Of a DNA stretch of 36,095 nucleotides, positions 22,606 through 35,430 are shown piece after piece. The stretch is from Octopus bimaculoides. Its lineage: Eukaryota. Position 1 is the first letter of the stretch; the number at the start of each line of letters is the position of its first letter. The position numbers and the translations under genes were made by a program. Location: NCBI RefSeq assembly GCF_001194135.2, contig NC_068993.1, forward strand, positions 17,534,823 to 17,570,917, given 5' to 3'. The notes under the pieces are model-generated. The model made no database searches, was not told the DNA's origin, and saw only the letters and a list, made by a program, of their open reading frames with translations.

Positions 22606-23949
22606 TTATAAATATATTTACATGTGTATGATTCAGAAACAGACATCGATTCTCATCATTCAGATAGACCCTGTAATTAAACTACCAAGTCTTTCTCTAA
22701 AGAGCCAAACCAAAGCACAACTTGACTAGTTTCATTCATTTCTTAGCTCAAAGATTATTTATATTGTCTGTTCTACAAAGGGATTCAGTTGGTTATTATT
22801 ACTACTTATAAAAACAAAAATGTCAGGAGTAACTCACATTGTTTTTATTTATATACTTATCAGTATATCAGTACATTTCTTGACAATCTGTACTAATTAA
22901 CTAAAGTACTATCACAGCATGTGTATGAATTAGTTGTAAAATAAATTTCTTCCCCCATGGGTTCAAACAAAGGAGGTGTTAGGCTCCACTGGTCTCATGT
23001 TTATATGTTCAAGTGTATCTCGGCTGTTGTCATGGCGTACCAAATGAACCACAACAGCAGTCATGGTCTCTTAGATTTTGAAGATAAATGAAGTTTTGAT
23101 TTTAGTTATAAATCAATTTATTTTATTTTGTAGTATTTCATTTTAGCTGTTTAGTCAGTAGCTGTTCTAAATATCACTCGATCTTCTTTAAACTCCATTC
23201 CTGCTTCCTTAAAACTTCTCTATTGACATTCTTCATTAAAGAGAAAAAGGAATTATAAATAAATGCTTTTAACAGAAAGTGATAATTGCATCGGAATTAC
23301 AATTCTCGCACATATTATTATTTCAGATATAAAAGTTAGTCACCATTTCTGTGTTTCAGAATCCAGCACAACTATTGCAGCTTCTCCTGTTCTATTAAAA
23401 CACCTCCTCCCAATACTCTTAAATCTAATTAGAACTAAACCTAATTCAGATCAAATTTCAATACCTTATAATCTCTGTCTATGTATGAGTTATTTGTTCC
23501 TTAAAATTTTTAGAAGAACTACATTGATGTGAAAATAAGAGAAAGAGAGGAGAAAAAACTCTTGGGGAATACTATGTTTAGTTTTATTTATTCACAGTTA
23601 CTGGAGTTCTTGTTTTTAGACTATTGTTAATAGAATAAATCCAATTTAGTTTTGTAATAAGGAAACTGTTTTATATGGCTTTTTTTTCTGTTTTAAATTT
23701 AGTTTTTTTAATCATTATTTCAGCTAAAAGCTGTGACCTACTTTTCTGACTGATATAAAAACAGATGGTGATGATGGTGGAGGAGCTGCAACAGGGGAGA
23801 GGAAAGGAAAAGATTTGAGTGACAGTTAACAGTAGTGTTAAAGTACATCGAATGGCATTAATAACATCTGGTGCACACAAAAGTGCATTTGAACTCATTG
23901 TCTTCTATTATAATTCCATTCGCATCTAGGATGCATTATAGGAATATAA

Positions 23950-24110
23950 ATTGACTCCAGTTCTCGAATGGTACTTTATTTTCGATCAATCTGGAAAGAG
24001 ATGAAAGGCAAAGTTAACTTTGGCTGGATTTGATCTCAGAAAGTAAAGGGCTGGAACTTAAGCACTGTTAGGCATTTTGTCTGATGCTCTGATTCTGCGA
24101 AATCTTTCTG
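23950..24110 (-). mobile_element. Old copy of the SINE family seen at 24277-24510
   Basis: GATGAAAGGCAAAGT..GGATTTGA(T)CTCAGAA shared with the young copy. Confidence 0.6.
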
Positions 24111-24276
24111 ACGATTGTAATAATACAAGATATCAGTTCAGTGATTTGGGATCAAGCTAAAATGAAAGAAGAATAGAATTAAAAAAAAAAACAAACAAAC
24201 AAAAAATCCAACGAAATGAATAAAACCAAATAATTGATGATAAAAGGGAAAAAAAAACAAAATAAAATACAGTACC

Positions 24277-24510
24277 TATTTCTTTACTGCCCACAAGGGG
24301 CTACACACAGAGGGGACAAACAAGGACAGACAAACGGATTAAGTCGATTATATCGACCCAGTACGTAACTGGTACTTAATTTATCGACCCCGAAAGGATG
24401 AAAGGCAAAGTCGACCTCGGCGGAATTTGAACTCAGAACGCAGTGGCAGGCGAAATACCGCTAAGCATTTCGCCTGGCGTGCTAACGATTCTGCCAGCTC
24501 GCCGCCGTTG
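24277..24510 (-). mobile_element. Young SINE with a perfect 21-bp target-site duplication
   Basis: AACAAAATAAAATACAGTACC at 24256-24276 and 24511-24531; CpG-rich body. Confidence 0.9.
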
Positions 24511-24574
24511 AACAAAATAAAATACAGTACCATAATAATGATTTCTTAATCAAAGAACAAATGAGGGAATATTA

Positions 24575-24850
24575 CAAGGGCAACAACAACAACAATACTG
24601 ATAATAACAATAACGACAACGATGATGATGATGATGGTGATGATGATGATGGTACTGATGATAGGGACTAGAATAATAAAAATAATGATATTAATATAAT
24701 GGTAGCAATAATGATTTCTTTCATTTGCCACAAGGGCATTGGATGAGGTTGTGCTACATCAATTAGAGAAGGAGCAGTGAGTGGTGGTAGTAATAACAAT
24801 ATCAAAAACAATAGTAATATCAATAATGATAATGATGATAATAACAAAGC
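24575..24850. repeat. (AAC)n/(GAT)n/(AAT)n trinucleotide microsatellite tracts
   Basis: Seen directly. Confidence 0.85.
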
Positions 24851-25597
24851 GATTAAAATGAAATCGAACTAAAAATGCGAACATTTTGTACATGTATGTG
24901 TGTGGGGGGGGGGGAGAGGGAGGGTTGTGGGTTGGACTAAGTAGAAACACACAGAAAATAAAAGACAAAAATACTGAAAAATAAATTAAGGAAAGATAAC
25001 TAAAAAAAAATAATCTGGTAATTTTGTACTCTGAGAATATTTTTTCTAAAAAAAAAAAAACCTAACAAAAACATGATTGCATTATAGACATTTAATGATT
25101 AATAAGTGATGAGAAACCATTTCTGCGATTCTAATCTTTGACTAAGTACTATATAAGACACTTGTTAAATTTTGCATTAAATAATTACTTTTGTTGTAAA
25201 TTATTTGAAATGTTAAATTCAACAGTAAACAATATCCACAAAGGTCAGTAGTAATGGACAGAGCAGAATTTAGGTGAGCATTATAAACCAGCCAAGTTTG
25301 TGAACTGGTTTTGATTTGTTGTTTGCTGTTGTTTCATTTCTTTTATGTTATAAATACAATCCCTGAGGCTGGAATGAATGTCACACTATATTTATCTTTT
25401 TTCTTTCTTGTTTCAGTCATTTGGCTGCAGCTTTGCTGGGCTGCCACCAAGGAAGGGCTTTAATTGAACAAGTTGCACCACCACCATGAGGATGCTTTTT
25501 TTTTAAAGCCTAGTCCCCTTTGCTAAGTTGCAGAGATGTAAACACCAACACTGGTTGTCAAGCAGTGGTGGAAGACACACACACACACACACACACC

Positions 25598-26232
25598 ATC
25601 ATCATCATCCTCATTTAACGTCTATTGCCCATTCTGGTATGGGTTGGATGGTTTGACCAGGTTTGGCAAGCTGAGGGATTGTACCAGACTCCGGTCAAAT
25701 TTGGCATGGTTTCTACAGCTGGATGCACTTCCTAATGCCAACCATTCCAAGAGTGTAATGAGTGGCAATTGTGTGACACTAGTATCTGCTCCAACAATGA
25801 TTTCGCTTAGCTTGATGGGTCTTCTCAAGCAAGGCACATTGCCAAAGATCTTGGTCATTTGTCATTGTGTCTGTGAGGCCCAATGTTCAAAAGGTGATAT
25901 TTGTGTGCCACTGGCACAGGTGCCAGTTACGTGACACCAGCATCAGCCATAACTATGATTTCACTTGGCTTGACGGGTCTTCTCAAGCATGGCATATTGC
26001 CAAAGGTCTCAGTCACTGGTCATTGCCTCTACGAAGACCAAAGTTTGATGATCATGCTTCACCACTTCGTCCCATGTCTTCCTGGGTCTATCTCTATCAT
26101 AAGTTCTCTCCACAGTTAGAGATTGACACTTCTTTACACATCTCTCCTCATCCATATGCCTCACATGACCATACCAGCACAGTTGTTTCTCTTGCACACC
26201 ACATTTGATGCCCAACTTTTCTCTCATATATC
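25598..26232 (-). mobile_element. RTE-clade LINE 3' end
   Basis: QLCWYGHVRHMDEERCVKKCQSLTVE..RPRKTWDEVV, then 3'UTR and (GAT)n tail. Confidence 0.85.
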
Positions 26233-26351
26233 TCTATATATATATCTGTANNNNNNNNNNNNNNNNNNNNNNNNNNNNNNNNNNNNNNNNNNNNNNNNNN
26301 NNNNNNNNNNNNNNNNNNNNNNNNNNNNNNNNNNNNNNNNNNNNNNNNNNN

Positions 26352-26505
26352 ACATGACAGGCTTCTTTTAGTTTCCATCTGCCAAATCCACTCACAAGGC
26401 TTTGGTCAGCCTGAGGCTATAGCAGAAGACACTTTCCCCAAGTGCTATTCAGTGGGACTGAAACTGGAACCATGTGGTTGGGAAGCAAGCTTCTTATCAC
26501 ACAAC
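26352..26505 (-). mobile_element. tRNA-derived SINE, 5' part
   Basis: Reverse complement of 8815-8980. Confidence 0.85.
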
Positions 26506-28769
26506 CTGATAACTTTATGCTGATGTATCAAGTCAGTATTAGTAAATTAAAGGTTAATTAAGGGTATTCTGTCACCAGGCAATATAGAACTTAACTACAC
26601 TGCTTCTTTTATCATTATTATTATTTTATTATTTATTCTGAGCTCAAATCTGGGATGTATTTTGTCAAACATTTTTCTGGGTTCAATTAAACACATCCCT
26701 GACATATATTAGAATCAATTCAATTATCTATACAAACTATACCCTTCCCCTACATTTTGTGATCTTGTATTGATGTGAAAAATCAATATTTTAGGAAGAT
26801 CAATGGTAAATGTTGGGTAAGCTAAAGCAAACGTACAGTGAGCCTAGTTCATGACCCAGTTTCAGTTTCCAGTTGTAGCAACTTCCACCCACTTTATATT
26901 ACGTACACCTCTTAGAAAGGCAGGGATATCATGTCACATGATCACTTTCCTACCCCAATATAAATAGAATGCATCATGCTTATATAAGAAATCAATGTTA
27001 ATGTATATTATTATTAAAAGGTGTGAGATGAGTGTTGTGAAGTACAAATAAGCTAATTATTGGACTAGTTTACAATTCATTTTCAATTCCTGATTGTAGT
27101 TATTTCATTGTAATTAATGTCATTATGAAAGGCATGAATGTCACAGAATCTTATTTCTGTTTTTCAATAAAAATATAATTAAAAAAACAAAAAAACTGAA
27201 GGTATTTTGTTCATGCAAAAAGTGTTTATTGAAAGAGCTAATTAACGTTTTTCTATTTTTTATGTGATTGAAAAAAACATACCAGAAATGATTTAATTGG
27301 GATTTGATTGAAGTGTAGTTGAAATGGCTGAGTGACTTGGCTTAGTGTCAGTTCATGAGTTGTGAGTTCAAATCTATTGCAGGCGTTTCATGATCTTTTT
27401 TTTTGTCTTTTTTGAGTATGATAATTTGTTATATATTAGTTATCTGTCAAGAAATAATTATCCTACTACTCCAGGAAAGTTACCTGCTATAAACTTGTGT
27501 ACTGGCCAGGGGAAGATTAATCTCTTATTTGTTTAGTGCTACAAAGAAAAAAAAAAAAACAGATTTAAGCTTTGGTGCTGCCAAAAATTCCTGTAATTTG
27601 TGAAAGGATTAGTGTGTTTTACTTTATTTGACTAGCGTACTGAAATCAGATTGTTAAATTAAAAAAAAAGTTTTTTCATTTTGTCGTCTAAATGTTATTT
27701 CTGCCCATATCAGTTATAAATTAGATTGGAATTATTAATTTTCTTTAAGATTGTTTCTGTAATTATTTTATTCATTCAGTTGTTTATTTATTTATTTTAA
27801 TTGTTGAAAGTTTTCCACATTAATTGAAGATATTTTAATTTCTAATTTATTCATTTTATCAACAAGAGAAACAAAAAATATCAAAATAAAATTAAGAAAA
27901 AAATAACGGAAAAATGTATAACTAATATTTAATGCTTGGTTTTATATTTATGCCACAATGTAATATCATAAGTGTTTGTCTAATAAACTAATGAAGTTTA
28001 ATTAATTGAAGTAAATGAGAAGTAGAATTGGTGCATTGCTTTCTAGGTAGTTATTAGGATGTAAAAAAATTAAAAAACTAGCAATGGTACATATGACCTT
28101 TCTTGATACACAGCTCTTCAATTCCAGTTGATTTCTGATTATCAGCAGAATAGTAATAATAATAATAATAATAATAATATCTTGTCTTTAAGTTTTGTTG
28201 TGTGTGTTCTTTTAGTAAGCCACATCAAATTGTTGTAGTTAATCTTGAAATTTGACTATGATTACACAGCATATGACTATGTAATTACATGTGCTGTGTG
28301 TTTGTGTGTGTGCGTACACGTGTGCGTACACGTGTGTGTACACGTGTGCATGCGTGTAGGAGCATGTGTATGTGTGCATGTTGTGCACTGCTTGTATATG
28401 ATATTTTGGTAAAGCCTTTTTCCCTACATTTTATTTTATTTGTCATCTATTTATTATCTTTTTGTCTTATAGTCAGAAAATTTCCATTAATATGACTATT
28501 TCCTATAACAAAACTAATTTATACATTTCTTGGGATGATGCGTGCCCTGACCAAATGCTTATTTTGTTATCTTTTTTTCATTCTTATCACTAACAGAGCT
28601 CTTATCACAGCAGATATCAACCAGTTTTGTATTCATGCCTCACAATATCCAGAAACATACTTTTAATCACCATTACGAGAGGAGAAGATCAAAAGTCCAA
28701 AATATCATTTATGTAATGGTTGTATACTTACCAACCATACTATACTCAGTAGCGCTTTTGACAACAGTC

Positions 28770-29020
28770 ATTGTTCACCACTTTTTAATGTTCACATTTC
28801 CATGCTTGCATGGATCAGATGGAGTTTATTGAGATAGGGTTTCCATGACAAGATGCCCTTCCTGTTGCCAACCCTTAACTGTTTCCAAGCAAAGATATAT
28901 TTCTCCGTAGTGAAACATGTTTTTGTAGAATATTGGAAATGAATCATATTCATTTACAAGAGTCATGCAATGTCAAGACATGTAGATACAAACACTCACT
29001 CACACTTACATACATGCACA
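28770..29020 (-). mobile_element. RTE-tail-related short repeat
   Basis: TTTAATGTTCACATTTCCATGCTTGCATGG..GATGCCCTTCCTGTTGCCAACCC; similar to ~2090-2200. Confidence 0.55.
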
Positions 29021-29369
29021 TACATGTGTACACATATAGTTTTTTTTTTCTTTTCTGATATCAGTACACCATTCATCAAATGATTAGTGTTTGGAAGGGC
29101 TTCCATCTGTAGAAACCATGCCGAAATTGGGATGGATGGAAAAGATATAGCCCTCTGAACCACTTTGGAAACTAGTAATTCTGAATAAGAATTATCTTAG
29201 ACAGGGACAACCCTCCTAACTGATACCAACATGGAGAGCAGATGTAAAATGATGATGATGATAATTGTAAAGAAAATATTTTTTATATCACAATATAAAA
29301 AGATAAGTGAGAGGTATAAAAAAAAAATAGTGTCTTAAAAAACACCTTTCTTTATTTCTCTCTTTTTAG

Positions 29370-29477
29370 CTCTATCCAACTGGCTTAATGTCACAACATA
29401 TAAAAGAATGGCAACTTGGAACTGTAGCTGAATTCAAGGGACCATTTGGAAGTTTCTCAGAAAATCTCTTAAAAAAG
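29370..29477 (+). CDS. CYB5RL: Internal coding exon (108 nt, phase 0-0) of an NADH-cytochrome b5 reductase-like protein, FAD-binding domain
   Basis: Strong acceptor ttctttatttctctctttttag| and donor AAG|gtttgc; stop-free LYPTGLMSQHIKEWQLGTVAEFKGPFGSFSENLLKK matches the recalled CYB5RL pattern xYxxGLMSxxxxxWxxGxxxxxxGPFGxF. Confidence 0.85.
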
Positions 29478-29569
29478 GTTTGCTATATTTCAATGTACAA
29501 TTATTAAGCTAAGTAGGCATGTCAAACTAAGTTAAAATTGTTATTGTCCTTGCATACAAACATGTCCCC

Positions 29570-29860
29570 TGCATCCATTTCCTGTTGAGCATTCCTAATC
29601 TTGTGGACTTGTGGGTGTTTGTGCCACATAAAAAGCACATGTATCAATGCCATGTAAAAGCACCCAAAGCAGTGCAGCATAAAAGCACCCAGTACACTCT
29701 GTAAAGTGGTTGGCATTAGGAAGGACATCCAGCTATAGAAGCCATACCAAAACAGACATGGAACCCAAGCAGCTTTTCAGCTGGCCAGCTCCAGCCAAAC
29801 CACCCAACTCATGCCAACATAGAAAATGGACGTTAAATGATGATAATGATGATGATGATT
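29570..29860 (+). mobile_element. RTE-type 3' tail
   Basis: GGCATTAGGAAGGACATCCAGCT..GGACGTTAAATGATGAT; reverse complement of the 22360 family. Confidence 0.75.
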
Positions 29861-30526
29861 CTTAGGTAACATAATCCCCCAAGAGATGCTTTTTTTCCCT
29901 GCCACCATGGAAAATAGACAAAACACACTAATGATGATGTGTGTGAGTGTATACAAACCTTCACACAGTCTCCATCTACTAAATTTCACTCACAAGGCAT
30001 TGATCAACCCAAAGCTTATAGTAGATGACACTTATCAATGATACCACAAAGTGAGATTGAACCTGCAATCCATTTGCTGACTTCACTGCCTTGCCTGTTC
30101 CTAAAGATACCAATTAAATAAGTACCAGGATCAATGTGAACAAATAGAACCCTTGAATATGTTGTCACAACTTGGCTGCCATCCAATGACTGAAACCAGT
30201 AAAAAAAACTTCAGAGGTTTTAGAAAATTCTAGAAAGTATTTGTTAATCTAGATTATAAGAGTTTGGGGGTAGATTACAGAGACCTTTGAAATTGGCAGC
30301 TGGGTGATGAATATATTATGAAAAACCTGTATGAAAACAGAAAATATTGTGTGAGATAGTAATCTAAAAGGATATCAAATATGTTCCCAAGCAAAACAGA
30401 TGTTGAACAGCAATGCTCGTTATCTCTGTTATTACAATCCCCCATATGATGACTTAACCTGATAGAAATAGCAACCAAATTCACTCAAATCACATGATAC
30501 ATCCTTTTAAGATAGTATGTGTATAC

Positions 30527-30700
30527 ATGTGGCTGTGTGGTTAAGAAGCTTGCTTCCCAACAATATGGGCTTGGGTTCAGTCCCACTGCATGGCACCTTG
30601 GACAAGTGTCTTTTATTATAGCCCCAGGCCGACGAAAGACTTGTGAGTGGATTTCGTAGACAGAAACTGATTGAAGCCCATTGTACAAACACACACAAAC
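30527..30700 (+). mobile_element. tRNA-derived SINE, 5' part
   Basis: GTGGCTGTGTGGTTAAGAAGCTTGCTTCCCAAC..GGTTCAGTCCCACTGCATGGCACCTTGG. Confidence 0.85.
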
Positions 30701-30834
30701 CATCATCATCATCATCATCATCATTTAATGCCTGTCTTCAATGCTGGCATAGGTTTGACTTATATATATNNNNNNNNNNNNNNNNNNNNNNNNNNNNNNN
30801 NNNNNNNNNNNNNNNNNTATATATATATATATAT

Positions 30835-31245
30835 TCTTTTATTCTTTTATCTGTTTCAGTCATATGACTGCAGCCACACTGGACCACTGCTTTGAAGGGT
30901 TTTAGTTGAACAAATTGACTCCAGGATTTATTTTTATAGCCTAGTACTTATTCTATCGGTCTCTTTTGCTGAGCCACTAAGTTACAGGGACATAAATACA
31001 CCAACACTGGTTGTCAAGTGGTGATGGGTGGGGTGGGGGACAAACAGGCACAAAGACACACACACACATAGATACATACATAAATATATATATATATGAT
31101 AGGCTTCTTTCAGTTTCTGTTTACCAAATCCACTCACAAGGCTTTAATCGGACCAAGGTTATAGTAGAAGACACTTGCCCAAGGTGTCATGCAGTGGGAC
31201 TGAACCCAGAACCATGTGGTTGGGAAGCAAGATTCTTACCACATA
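30835..31245 (-). mobile_element. tRNA-derived SINE, near full length
   Basis: Reverse complement of the family at 8815 and 30527, including the 3' part TTTCAGTCA..TTCTATCGGTCTCTTTTG. Confidence 0.85.
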
Positions 31246-31495
31246 GTTTAGGAAAGTCAATTGCCTTATCAGACAGTGATCTTGATATAGAGGGATAAAA
31301 ATCTTTAATGTCGAACTGAATAAATCTAGCCCTATGTTTATTTTTTAAGTTCTTGAACCAATCTGTTGCAGTGTTACTATTATCCATTGTTGTAGCTTAG
31401 TGGTCACTTTAATTTTGATACTGATATTTCTTAGTATTTTTTAGCTGCTAACTTGATTTCGGTCCTCAATGGGTTTAACACTCTTCAAGTGGGCT
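31246..31495 (-). mobile_element. Penelope-like RT fragment
   Basis: NSNTATDWFKNLKNKHRARFIQFDIKDFYPSISRSL; FDIxxFYPSI is the Penelope-type RT motif A. Confidence 0.85.
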
Positions 31496-32270
31496 TATCA
31501 TCATCATCATCATCATTGTTTAACGTCCACTTTCCATGATGGCATGGGTTAGATGGTTTGACTGAGGACTGGCAAGCCAGGGGGCTGCACCAGGCTCCAA
31601 TCTGATCTTGCAAGATTTCTACAGCTGGATGCCCTTCCTAACACCAACCACTCTGAGAGAGTAGTGGGTGCTTTTTACATGCCACCAGCACAAGGGCCAG
31701 TCAGGTGGCACTGGCATCGACCATGCTCAAATGATGCTTTTTATGTGCCACCGGCACAGGAGCCAGTCAGGCGGCACTGGCATCGACCACACTCAAATGG
31801 TGCTTTTAATGTGTCACCGGCACTGGCATTGGCCATGACAATGATTTCACTTGACTCAACAAGTTTTCTCAAGCACAGCATATTGCTTGATGATTGAAAG
31901 GTACTTTTAAACGAGCGGGTTATGCAACACTGGCATCAGCCTCAGCTATAATCTCACTTGGCTTGCTGGGTCTTCTCAAGCACAGCATATCTCCAAAGGT
32001 CTCAGTTGCTTATCATTGCCTCTGTGAGACCCAATGTTCGAAGGTTGTTCTTCACCACCTCATCCCATGTCTTCCTTGGTTCACCTCTTCCACAGGTTCC
32101 CTCCACTGTTTGGGTGTGACACTTCTTCACATAGCTCTGCTCATCTATACACAGTTGTCTCTCTTGCACACCAACTGCCAACTCTCACCTTACTGACAGC
32201 ATCCCTGTACATGGCTTGTACAACTCTCACCAAACACTCATCTATCCCTAGTTTCCACATTGATCACCAG
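31496..32270 (-). mobile_element. RTE-clade LINE 3' end with internal ~62-bp tandem repeats in the 3'UTR
   Basis: (CAT)n tail; GTGCTTTT..GCCACC..CCAGTCAGG.GGCACTGGCATCGACC repeated; PRKTWDEVV remnant at ~32050-32080. Confidence 0.85.
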
Positions 32271-32299
32271 ATAAGGGATTGGGGGATCATATATATACA

Positions 32300-32550
32300 T
32301 ATATATGAATATATATATGTACACATATACATATGTAGGTATGTATGTATACGTATGTATATCTTTGTGTCTACTCTTGTCTAGACATTATGTGATAGTT
32401 GTAAATGAGCATCATCAGCATGCAAGCAAAGTTATCATTTCCAGTCTTCCATGAAAAAGATGTCTAGCTATGGAGAGCCATGAAGTTGGGAAGCAAACTT
32501 TTTACCACACAGCCANNNNNNNNNNNNNNNNNNNNNNNNNNNNNNNNNNN

Positions 32551-32581
<31 letters not shown>

Positions 32582-32823
32582 CATATATATATATATATAT
32601 ATGAATGTATATATGAATATATATATGTACACATATACATATGTAGGTATGTATGTATACGTATGTATATCTTTGTGTCTACTCTTGTCTAGACATTATG
32701 TGATAGTTGTAAATGAGCATCATCAGCATGCAAGCAAAGTTATCATTTCCAGTCTTCCATGAAAAAGATGTCTAGCTATGGAGAGCCATGAAGTTGGGAA
32801 GCAAACTTTTTACCACACAGCCA
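32300..32823. repeat. Identical ~215-bp direct duplicate flanking a short N gap (probable assembly overlap)
   Basis: ~32300-32515 equals ~32608-32823 (offset 308), with the gap at 32516-32550. Confidence 0.85.
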
Positions 32824-33231
32824 TGCCGGGCAAAAATTACAGAGAGAAGTTAGTAAGTTTAAGTATTGTAGAGAGAAGTGTTTTCTCCTGCGGCATATAA
32901 ACTCATCCAAACCTAGTAACTTTAGTATACATGCAGTAGGTGTGTATGCATCTCTTTAGTAGAATCATATAAAGCATCTTTGAAATGTCTTATATAACTT
33001 CTCTGAAAAACTGTTTTATTGAATCTGGAGTATGTGATTCAATCTTCACTGTTCTTTATGGGAGAAACTCAGGCTTCCCAAGGTTTATGTATAAGAATCT
33101 TGTTACATAGATAGGACAGTATACCAATGATGATGGTATGTGCACTTCTGAGTGTGTATGCATGTGTATACCCATATGTATGTATGTATGTACGTGTGTG
33201 TGTGTGTGTGTGTGTGTCTCTCTCTCTCTCT

Positions 33232-33277
<46 letters not shown>

Positions 33278-34175
33278 NNNNNNNNNNNNNNNNNNNNNNN
33301 NNNNNNNNNNNNNNNNNNNNNNNNNNNNNNNNNNNNNNNNNNNNNNNNNNNNNNNNNNNNNNNNNNNNNNNNNNNNNNNNNNNNNNNNNNNNNNNNNNNN
33401 NNNNNNNNNNNNNNNNNNNNNNNNNNNNNNNNNNNNNNNNNNNNNNNNNNNNNNNNNNNNNNNNNNNNNNNNNNNNNNNNNNNNNNNNNNNNNNNNNNNN
33501 NNNNNNNNNNNNNNNNNNNNNNNNNNNNNNNNNNNNNNNNNNNNNNNNNNNNNNNNNNNNNNNNNNNNNNNNNNNNNNNNNNNNNNNNNNNNNNNNNNNN
33601 NNNNNNNNNNNNNNNNNNNNNNNNNNNNNNNNNNNNNNNNNNNNNNNNNNNNNNNNNNNNNNNNNNNNNNNNNNNNNNNNNNNNNNNNNNNNNNNNNNNN
33701 NNNNNNNNNNNNNNNNNNNNNNNNNNNNNNNNNNNNNNNNNNNNNNNNNNNNNNNNNNNNNNNNNNNNNNNNNNNNNNNNNNNNNNNNNNNNNNNNNNNN
33801 NNNNNNNNNNNNNNNNNNNNNNNNNNNNNNNNNNNNNNNNNNNNNNNNNNNNNNNNNNNNNNNNNNNNNNNNNNNNNNNNNNNNNNNNNNNNNNNNNNNN
33901 NNNNNNNNNNNNNNNNNNNNNNNNNNNNNNNNNNNNNNNNNNNNNNNNNNNNNNNNNNNNNNNNNNNNNNNNNNNNNNNNNNNNNNNNNNNNNNNNNNNN
34001 NNNNNNNNNNNNNNNNNNNNNNNNNNNNNNNNNNNNNNNNNNNNNNNNNNNNNNNNNNNNNNNNNNNNNNNNNNNNNNNNNNNNNNNNNNNNNNNNNNNN
34101 NNNNNNNNNNNNNNNNNNNNNNNNNNNNNNNNNNNNNNNNNNNNNNNNNNNNNNNNNNNNNNNNNNNNNNNNNNN
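33278..34175. other. Assembly gap flanked by (TA)n and (TATC)n microsatellites
   Basis: N run. Confidence 1.
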
Positions 34176-34248
<73 letters not shown>

Positions 34249-34252
34249 TGTA

Positions 34253-34284
<32 letters not shown>

Positions 34285-35430
34285 GATAGATAGATTATAC
34301 ATAAAAATAAATAGAAAAACAAGAAAGCTGACCAAGTAATACATATTCACATATGTACATGCATATGTCCACAACCATACACAGTTTCACGTATTCACAT
34401 GTATGCATGCATACATACATAGATATATACAAAACACACACATACATACATTCATGTATACATGCACACATACATATACTTACACACACATACATGAATA
34501 TATAAATCCACTTAAATACAAGCAAAGTAAACCAAAACACAAAAAGAAAAATGCGATGTAGATTAGCATACTTTCGGTAACCATTAAAGTAATCAAATTT
34601 CAAGCTGCTAATGTATTAAATAACAAACCACAACTATTATAATTATTTTAATGAAACAAATAACTTTATCAGCACTGAAATAAGTGAAGCAAAGTGACTA
34701 ATTTTGCTATTTACAACGATTGAATATGAGTGGCGGGGGATGGTGGAAGAACGAGGACCCCTAAGGGCGTGCAAAGGAAAAATAAAAAGAAAATATGTTT
34801 GAAGTAGTTTTGGGATTTCAGAAATCTGTGATAATCTGAAGTACAACCACACCAAACTTGCACAGGCCTGCAAAAGGTCAGGGATGCTGTTGCCTTTTTT
34901 TTCTTCTTTTTCTTCTCTTTTCTTCCTTCTCATTCTTCCTCCTTGTCCCCCCCGTCTCCCCTCCTCTTATTAATAAATGAAATAAATAAGTGAATAAGTA
35001 AATGAATAAGTTTAAATTAAACATTGTGTAGGTGTGTAATTTCTTTGGCCTACTTCTACTCCAGTGACTAAATTAAAGTCTGTAAATGATTTTACATCTG
35101 AGGATTAGAGTGTTTGGAGTGAAACTGTTTTTAGTGTGGGGGTGAATGTGTTTGGTGGTGGGGGTGAGGGGTGGGTGGTCAGAATCAGCAAAACTTCGGA
35201 TAGGATATGAGTTTTGGCTCTCTTGTACTTTAAGTTCAAATCTTTCTAAAGTCAACTTTGCCTTCCATCCCTTTACGGGGTCAGTAAATAATGTACTTGT
35301 CAAGTGCTGGTGCAGCCCTCTCTCGCACTCTCCTTCTCTCCCTACCACCCTCTCTATCTCCCTCTTACTCCCTCTCTACCCTACCCCCTCTCTCTCTCTT
35401 CAGCAGTCACATCCTGAATATTCTGCTAGG

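Noticed and set aside
23030-23400. Possible further minus-strand exons (TGEAAIVVLDSETQKW; DHDCCCGSFG)
   Set aside because: Joining them creates a TGA stop, the splice sites are weaker, and the surrounding frames look like a decayed old element.
26572-26592. VTRQYR, resembling the RxY FAD-binding motif of CYB5R proteins
   Set aside because: Stops immediately and lacks TPIS and proper splice sites.
27323-27405. tRNA-like A/B boxes followed by oligo-T
   Set aside because: No clean cloverleaf; most likely a decayed SINE head.
28310-28355. (GTGTGCGTACAC)x3 quasi-palindromic repeat
   Set aside because: Ordinary derivative of a (GT)n microsatellite.
28597-28832. Acceptor-like cactaacag followed by an ORF; considered as an upstream CYB5RL exon
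   Set aside because: No frame gives a convincing family motif (only a chance FCIHA), there is no suitable donor, and the ORF runs into a repeat.
32300-32823. Apparent recent tandem duplication
   Set aside because: Base-identical copies on either side of a 35-N gap are typical of unmerged contig overlap, so probably not biological.
33127-34293. 364-388-aa ORFs
   Set aside because: N-gap plus (TA)n/(TG)n microsatellites.
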